Origin: Nitrospinota bacterium
GTDB lineage: Bacteria; UBA8248
NCBI GenBank assembly: GCA_046581755.1
Contig: JAYGFR010000232.1
Location: 1 to 34,646, forward strand
DNA length: 34,646 nucleotides
Reading direction: 5' to 3'
Shown here: positions 29,432-34,646 of the stretch, piece by piece
Position numbering within the stretch: the stretch's first letter is position 1
Layout of the letters: every line of letters starts with the position of its first letter
The notes under the pieces: generated by a model
Told to the model about the DNA's origin: nothing
The model's database searches: none
Seen by the model: only the letters and a program-made list of their open reading frames with translations
Made by a program: the position numbers and the translations under genes

Positions 29432-30463
29432 CTAGCGCGCCGTGGAGGGCTCGGCCGCCGGCACCGGCATCTTTCCGAGCCCGCATGCCTCGCGCACAAG
29501 CTTCATCGTCATTTGCGCCTCGGCCCGCGCGCGTGCGCCGCCCTGGGCCAAAACGGAGTCCACGTATCCCGGGTCTTTTTCCAGCCGCCGCCGCTCCTCG
29601 CGGAAGGGCCCGAACATTTCGTTGATTTTCTCGAGGAGCATCAATTTCGCCTCCCCGTATCCGAATCCGCCCCCCCGGTACTTTTGGGCGAGCGCCTCCT
29701 GCTCCCCTTCGCTGGAGACCAGCCGGTAGAGAGCAAATACGCTGCACCCACCGGGGTCCTTGGGATCCTCCAGAGGGGTCGAGTCGGTCACGATGGACAT
29801 GACGCGCTTTCGAAGCGCCTTGCCCTCCTGGAAAATTTCGATCGTGTTGGCGTAGCTCTTGCTCATCTTTTGCCCGTCGAGGCCGGGCACCTTGGCCCCG
29901 GCGTCGAGGCGGGGCTTGGGCACGGGAAACACCTCCCCGTAGGCCTTGTTGAAGGCCTGCGCCATGTCCCGGGTCATCTCGATATGCTGAATTTGGTCTT
30001 CCCCGACGGGGACGACGTGGGATCGGTAGATGAGGATGTCCGCGGCCATGAGCATGGGATAGGTGTAGAGGCCCACCGAGGCCGAAATGCCGCGCTGGAC
30101 CTTATCCTTATAAGAGGTGGCGCGGTCGAGGAGTCCCTTGGCCGTCACGCACGAGAGCACCCAAGCCAGTTCGGCCACCTCGGGCACTTCCGACTGGCGG
30201 AAGAAGATAGCCTTTTTCGGATCGAGGCCGAGCGCCAGGTAGTCGAGCGCCACTCCCAGGGTCTGCTCCTCCAGGAGGGCGCGGTCCTGGACCGTCGTCA
30301 TCGCGTGATAGTTGGCGATGAAGTAGAAGGCCTGGCCCTCGTCCTGAAGGGCGATATGCTGCCTGAGAGCGCCGAAGTAGTTCCCCAGATGGAGACGTCC
30401 CGAGGGCTGAACGCCCGAGAGGAACCTCACTTTACCGCCGTTTTTCTTCGTCTCATCCGCCAT
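29432..30463 (-). CDS. trpS: Tryptophan--tRNA ligase
   Basis: SGVQPSG.LHLGNY, YP.LMAADIL, VPVG.DQ.QH and KMSKS motifs. Confidence 0.97.
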   Translation of the reverse strand: MADETKKNGGKVRFLSGVQPSGRLHLGNYFGALRQHIALQDEGQAFYFIANYHAMTTVQDRALLEEQTLGVALDYLALGLDPKKAIFFRQSEVPEVAELAWVLSCVTAKGLLDRATSYKDKVQRGISASVGLYTYPMLMAADILIYRSHVVPVGEDQIQHIEMTRDMAQAFNKAYGEVFPVPKPRLDAGAKVPGLDGQKMSKSYANTIEIFQEGKALRKRVMSIVTDSTPLEDPKDPGGCSVFALYRLVSSEGEQEALAQKYRGGGFGYGEAKLMLLEKINEMFGPFREERRRLEKDPGYVDSVLAQGGARARAEAQMTMKLVREACGLGKMPVPAAEPSTAR

Positions 30464-30529
30464 TTGACCGCTCAAGTTCGAATTTCGCTCAAAGACAGCC
30501 GCCCACGCGCGGACACGCGGCGGGAAAAC

Positions 30530-31201
30530 CTAAATCAGGCCGAACACCTGCAAGAATCCGCGGGCGAATTCCTGCTCGGCCACCAGGAGTGCTCTGTATA
30601 TCGGCCCCATGATCCAGTGTAAACCTCCGAGCAGGAGCAGGCCCAGAACGATGAAAAACCCGTAGGCCTCGGTCTGGGCGTAACGCCAGGCCAGGTCCCG
30701 CGGCAGGAGGCCCATCAGTATCCGCCCGCCGTCGAACGGGAGGACCGGAATCAGGTTGAACGCCGCCAGGGCCGTATTCACCTGAAAGCTCGCGATGATC
30801 ATCAACGTGGCCGGCTGGCCGAAAAATCCCCCGTGCAGGCCGAACCGCCCTATCAAGTGCAATGCCAGGAGGCTCGCGATGGCCATGAGGAAATTCATCG
30901 TCGGCCCCGCCAGCGCCACCCACATCATGTCCCGGCGCGGGTTGCCCAGGTTGCGGGGGTCCACCGGCACGGGCTTGGCCCACCCGAAGCCCACCCCCGC
31001 CGCCATCGAGATGGCGAAGGCGAGCGTGCCCATCGGGTCGAGATGGATCAACGGGTTCAGGCTCAACCGCCCCAGCATGCGCGCCGTCGGGTCGCCCAGC
31101 TTGTCGGCCATCCACCCGTGGGCCACCTCGTGGAAGGTCAGCGCCAAGAGGATCGCCGGAAGGGCGATGGCGAGCTGCTGGATGTAGTCGGAGGAGAACA
31201 A
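30530..31201 (-). CDS. Site-2 protease family (M50) membrane metalloprotease
   Basis: HEVAH, GWAKPVP, AGP..N and FNLIP..PFDG motifs; TTG start. Confidence 0.93.
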   Translation of the reverse strand: MFSSDYIQQLAIALPAILLALTFHEVAHGWMADKLGDPTARMLGRLSLNPLIHLDPMGTLAFAISMAAGVGFGWAKPVPVDPRNLGNPRRDMMWVALAGPTMNFLMAIASLLALHLIGRFGLHGGFFGQPATLMIIASFQVNTALAAFNLIPVLPFDGGRILMGLLPRDLAWRYAQTEAYGFFIVLGLLLLGGLHWIMGPIYRALLVAEQEFARGFLQVFGLI

Positions 31202-31291
31202 GTCGCGCCTTTTCGTTCGCGCCCGGGCGTCAGTGGCAACGCGGGCGGCGGCATGGACGGGAGGGCCAGCAACGGCCTCAAAACCGCAGGG

Positions 31292-31320
31292 ATTTTAAAG
31301 AGTTGGGGGGGAGGAGTCAA
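31292..31320 (-). promoter_or_regulatory. Putative sigma70 promoter TTGACT-17nt-TAAAAT for the S2P-trpS-ileS operon
   Basis: Near-consensus hexamers with a 17-nt spacer, about 90 nt upstream of the S2P start. Confidence 0.65.
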
Positions 31321-31332
31321 TGGAGGGGGAAA

Positions 31333-31355
31333 CCCGGGAGGGAAGCCCTCCCGGG
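31333..31355 (-). terminator. GC-rich hairpin, possible terminator of the AT-rich gene
   Basis: Perfect 10-bp stem CCCGGGAGGG-AAG-CCCTCCCGGG, but only a short U tail on the minus strand. Confidence 0.45.
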
Positions 31356-31443
31356 CTGGGCGTTCTATCCGCCAATCGGTTTATTCGGCGCCGCGATCAT
31401 GACTGAGACGATAGCCTTTCCATAAAGCTGTTAAACAGAAATT

Positions 31444-32044
31444 TTAAAACCTGAAAGAAAATAAAAATAACCACGATCCCACTGATTTATTCTGGAATCT
31501 GATTGTTTCTTCACTTCCTGGCAACGGAGCACCTTCTTTTATACCGTTTCCCAAGACCCGAACATTTCTCTCAAGCAAAAATCCAACCCCAAAATTCATG
31601 AATTTTGCAGTCTGATTTTGTTTTTTTTTCAATCAGGCCAAACATCAGGCCTCCTCCAAAAGCATCGAGCACCTCATTACCAAATCTAGCAGCAACAAAA
31701 GGTCCTAAACCTAGGCTCACCCCCGTTGGGTTATCTACTCCACAATCTCGGGATCTAAACTTTTTGAAAGAATCCAAACTGTATGGACATAGAAGGTGAC
31801 CTTCGAGAATCAGGCCAAGTCTCGTATCTTCATCGTCGTCGATTCGAACGACTCCATTTACAAGGGAAGCTTTCTTTGCCCTCCTTCTCGATTTCATATC
31901 GACCGCAATCCCCACACCCACGCCCCAATTCAATCCGTAAAGCTCTTGCACATTCGGGGTTGGGGGAGTTTTTTTCTTTGCCGCCCAGGCGCCCACCGGC
32001 GCAACCACCGCCAAAAATACGATCAACCCCATCGCTCGCTTCAT
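31444..32044 (-). pseudogene. Exported/outer-membrane beta-rich protein split by a frameshift at an A9 tract (199 aa if A8)
   Basis: Signal peptide MKRAMGLIVFLAVVAPVGAWA. The first frame stops at 31571; the second frame continues to ..SWLFLFSFRF*. The junction is the T9 run at 31621-31629. Confidence 0.75.
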
Positions 32045-32258
32045 GGGCATATCTCCTTTCAGAGAGAAAATCCTTTCAAGAAGGCAAACCAGACAAAAGA
32101 CGCACCAATCCATTCGTCCCGGCGCGCGGGCATTCCCGTTCGGGAAATTAAAATAATATAATTAATTATAATAAAAATAGATAAATTGTAGCTTATTTTA
32201 CATCTCCCATCAATACCAAACCACGCGTCCGGCGCGCGGCGGGCGGCGTCCCGAGCGC

Positions 32259-32295
32259 AAAAAAGCCCGGGGGCGCGCAGGCCTCCGGGCTTTTT
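32259..32295. terminator. Bidirectional intrinsic terminator downstream of the nitroreductase
   Basis: A6-GCCCGGGGGC-loop-GCCTCCGGGC-T5. Confidence 0.85.
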
Positions 32296-32316
32296 CTTTA
32301 TGTGTGGGGGTGAGTG

Positions 32317-32886
32317 CTAGGGCTTGCCCGCGGCTCCGAACTCATCCCAGAAGACGATCTCCTCGAGCGGCTTGCGGGAGGGAGGTTTCTTCTCTTTCGC
32401 CTGCACGTCCGGGTGGAGGTCCTCCAGCTTTCCGGGATAGCCCACGGCGAACAAAGCGGCCACCCGGAGCGGCTCCGGGACGTTGAAGGTTTTTAGCACC
32501 GTATCCTCGTCCCAGCCCGCCATGGCGTGCGCCGTCAGGCCCAACTCACAGCCCTGGATGAGAAGGTTCTCGATGGCGAGGCCCACATCCAGAAGGTAGC
32601 GCTGCTGGCCGAACCGCTCCGGCTGCTCCTCGGGGTTTCCCAGGATGATCATTTTCATCGGGGCCGCGGTCGCCCACTGGCGGTTTCCCTCATTCAAGCA
32701 TTCGTTGAACTTCTCGTGCGCCTCGGGCGAGCGCACGACGATGATGCGCCATGGCTGGCGGTTGTTCGAGGAAGGCGCCCAACGGAATGCCTCGAGAAGG
32801 CAGGCAACCTTTTCGGGCTCGGGCGGCACTCCGTTGAAATCGCGCCGGCTCTGGCGGCTTCTCAATACTGGTAGTATCTCAACCAC
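32317..32886 (-). CDS. Nitroreductase family flavoprotein
   Basis: RQSRRDF, WAPSSNNRQPW, DVG.A.ENL..Q..ELGL and GYPG..RKPLEE motifs; AAGGAG RBS before the GTG. Confidence 0.93.
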   Translation of the reverse strand: MVEILPVLRSRQSRRDFNGVPPEPEKVACLLEAFRWAPSSNNRQPWRIIVVRSPEAHEKFNECLNEGNRQWATAAPMKMIILGNPEEQPERFGQQRYLLDVGLAIENLLIQGCELGLTAHAMAGWDEDTVLKTFNVPEPLRVAALFAVGYPGKLEDLHPDVQAKEKKPPSRKPLEEIVFWDEFGAAGKP

Positions 32887-33032
32887 TGCGGTTTCTCCTT
32901 TATTGGCTGTGACTTGTAAACTTTGCCGGGTTCATATCCTTTGAAACACGGTTTTCCTGCGTCAACTACTCTACTCCGTCATGGAGATCCCTCACAACCG
33001 ATCCCGGCCATGAGGCCACCCGGTGACTCTTC

Positions 33033-34334
33033 CTATAGTTCGATCACGTCCATCGCATCCGGCGTCTGGACGCGCGGGCCCGCCTCCTCGACGACGACCT
33101 GGGGGCCCACCTCGAAGAAAATCCGGTCCTCGTGGACTGCCTTCACCTCGATGGCCAGCACCATGCCGGCCTCGACCGTAAAATCATCCAGAAATTCGTA
33201 GCGCCCCCCGGCGAGCTCGCACCACTCATCGTTTTCGGCGAGCGAGCCCTCGACGAACGCCTCGCGCCAGGGCGATGTTCTCGGTACATTTCCGGCGCAT
33301 ATCGTCGTCATGGGCGGCTCGATCCCGTCGATGCCCACCCCGTGGACCTGGGGAATTTCGTGGTAGTAGCCCCGGCCGAGAACGGCCTCATCCGAGAGGC
33401 GGTCCACCTCGCTCCAGGGCGTTCCCGGCTTGAGGGCGCCCATCGCCGCCTCGATAGCCTCGAGAACGGCCTCGCGCAGGGGCTTGTACTCATCGTCCAG
33501 CGGGCCCAGCGACATCGCCGTGTGCGGGTGGCTCCAGTAGCCGCCGTAGCGGGCGTAGTAGCCGATCTGGAGAACGTCGCCCCCCCGCAGGATCCGGTCG
33601 GTGGCCCTCCGGTTGACCGGATAGCCCTTCCCCGAGGAGAGGATGACATAGTTGTCGCGGCCCGCCTCGCTTCCCGCCCGCAGGCTCGCGTCGAAGAGTT
33701 CGGCGTAAATCTCGCTCTCGCGGACGCCCGGCCGCGCGCTCCGCATTACGGCGTCGATCTCGATGTTCACCATCTCCGACGCCTTGTCCATCATGGCGAT
33801 CTCCTCCTCGCTCTTGACCATCCGGAGCTTGAGGAGGATGTCCGAGGCGTCGCAGAACGAGGCGTCCGGGAGAAGCCGTTTGAGATTCCGGTAGGTCATG
33901 TAGGGGATGGCGCCCTCGGAGCCATAGCCGCCCCCGATGAGGCCGACGATGCCGATCGTGCCGCCCTGATAGCCCATATCCCGAATGGCGTCGGCCGCGA
34001 CGATGCTCACCTTTCCCTCGTGGCCCCGGTAGCGCACCCCCTCCCAGCAGCACTCGGCGTACCACTTGCCCCAGTTCTGGAGGAGCCAGAAGGTCATCGG
34101 GTTTCCCTTGCGGGGAAAGACCAGGCTCCGCTCGCCGTAGTCGCCGTTGTCGAGCCAGCGGACGTTCCCGTTTTTGTTCATTCCGCCGCCGATGACGAGG
34201 AGGCAGTCGATTCCCCGCGCGTCCATCGCCCGCCGCGTGGCCTCCCACCGGCGGTCCCGCTCGGCCAGCGAAAAAGCCGAGTGCGGATCCCCCGCCCGGC
34301 CCGGCCTGGGAGTAAATCTCGGATCGCTTACCAT
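33033..34334 (-). CDS. M24 (Xaa-Pro peptidase/creatinase) fold protein with non-canonical metal ligands
   Basis: Creatinase-like N-domain, plus LRMVKSEEEI, RPGVRESEI, HGVG and GMVLAIE motifs. Confidence 0.85.
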   Translation of the reverse strand: MVSDPRFTPRPGRAGDPHSAFSLAERDRRWEATRRAMDARGIDCLLVIGGGMNKNGNVRWLDNGDYGERSLVFPRKGNPMTFWLLQNWGKWYAECCWEGVRYRGHEGKVSIVAADAIRDMGYQGGTIGIVGLIGGGYGSEGAIPYMTYRNLKRLLPDASFCDASDILLKLRMVKSEEEIAMMDKASEMVNIEIDAVMRSARPGVRESEIYAELFDASLRAGSEAGRDNYVILSSGKGYPVNRRATDRILRGGDVLQIGYYARYGGYWSHPHTAMSLGPLDDEYKPLREAVLEAIEAAMGALKPGTPWSEVDRLSDEAVLGRGYYHEIPQVHGVGIDGIEPPMTTICAGNVPRTSPWREAFVEGSLAENDEWCELAGGRYEFLDDFTVEAGMVLAIEVKAVHEDRIFFEVGPQVVVEEAGPRVQTPDAMDVIEL

Positions 34335-34477
34335 GCAACGCTCCCCCTAGTAGAAAGACTCCATATCCATGATCGTCCCGCCCGCCGGGCGGCCTCGGGC
34401 GTGGTCATCCTCGCGCCGATTGTGTTGTAGAATAAAGACCCTGCAAGCATATATCCATCATATCAGAGGGGAATGTC

Positions 34478-34646
34478 ATGCGAATCGAGGGGGTCGATCA
34501 TTTAGCGCTCGCCGTGCGGAGCCTCAAGGAATCGGAAACCTTCTACACGAAAATCCTGGGAGGGGAGGTGGTCCACCGCCACGGGGACGCAGACTTCGAG
34601 AAAGAGGCGGCCCGAACGCCCCAGGTCTGGGTGAAGGTGGGAAACG
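34478..34646 (+). CDS. VOC/glyoxalase-family protein (partial, runs off the window)
   Basis: GAGGGG RBS; MRIEGVDHLALAVRSLKESETFYTKILG is the typical VOC N-terminal beta-alpha motif. Not in the ORF track. Confidence 0.85.
   Translation, partial: MRIEGVDHLALAVRSLKESETFYTKILGGEVVHRHGDADFEKEAARTPQVWVKVGN

Overview
GC-rich bacterial chromosome segment, mostly housekeeping genes on the minus strand. In transcription order: site-2 protease, trpS, ileS, lspA, hypothetical, rluD-like, thiolase/hbd/acyl-CoA dehydrogenase, gcvT-H-P, LipM-like ligase, tRNA-Gly(CCC), PHP, two DUF507-like genes, coaE, rho, rpmE, prfA, prmC, murA, hisG-D-B-H. The gene content suggests a Nitrospinota/Tectomicrobia- or deltaproteobacteria-like organism (inference only). 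The left 3.6 kb is accessory and holds the main signals. (1) A hidden selenoprotein at 208..762 that the ORF track splits at an in-frame UGA (GD-U-GSC, UxxC motif), with a SECIS-like hairpin 11 nt downstream. It resembles glycine-reductase GrdB around the Sec and forms an operon with an uncharacterised 'TDGLPIIPPT' protein. (2) That operon lies just behind an IS256-like right end that may supply a hybrid promoter. (3) A toxin-first RelE/Phd module with an apparently leaderless toxin mRNA is bracketed by hisH and a synonymously recoded, frameshifted second copy of the hisH 3' end. At the right end are an AT-rich outer-membrane-like gene broken at an A9 tract, a nitroreductase, an M24-fold protein lacking canonical metal ligands and a partial VOC gene. 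Family assignments come from motif recognition by eye; no searches were run.
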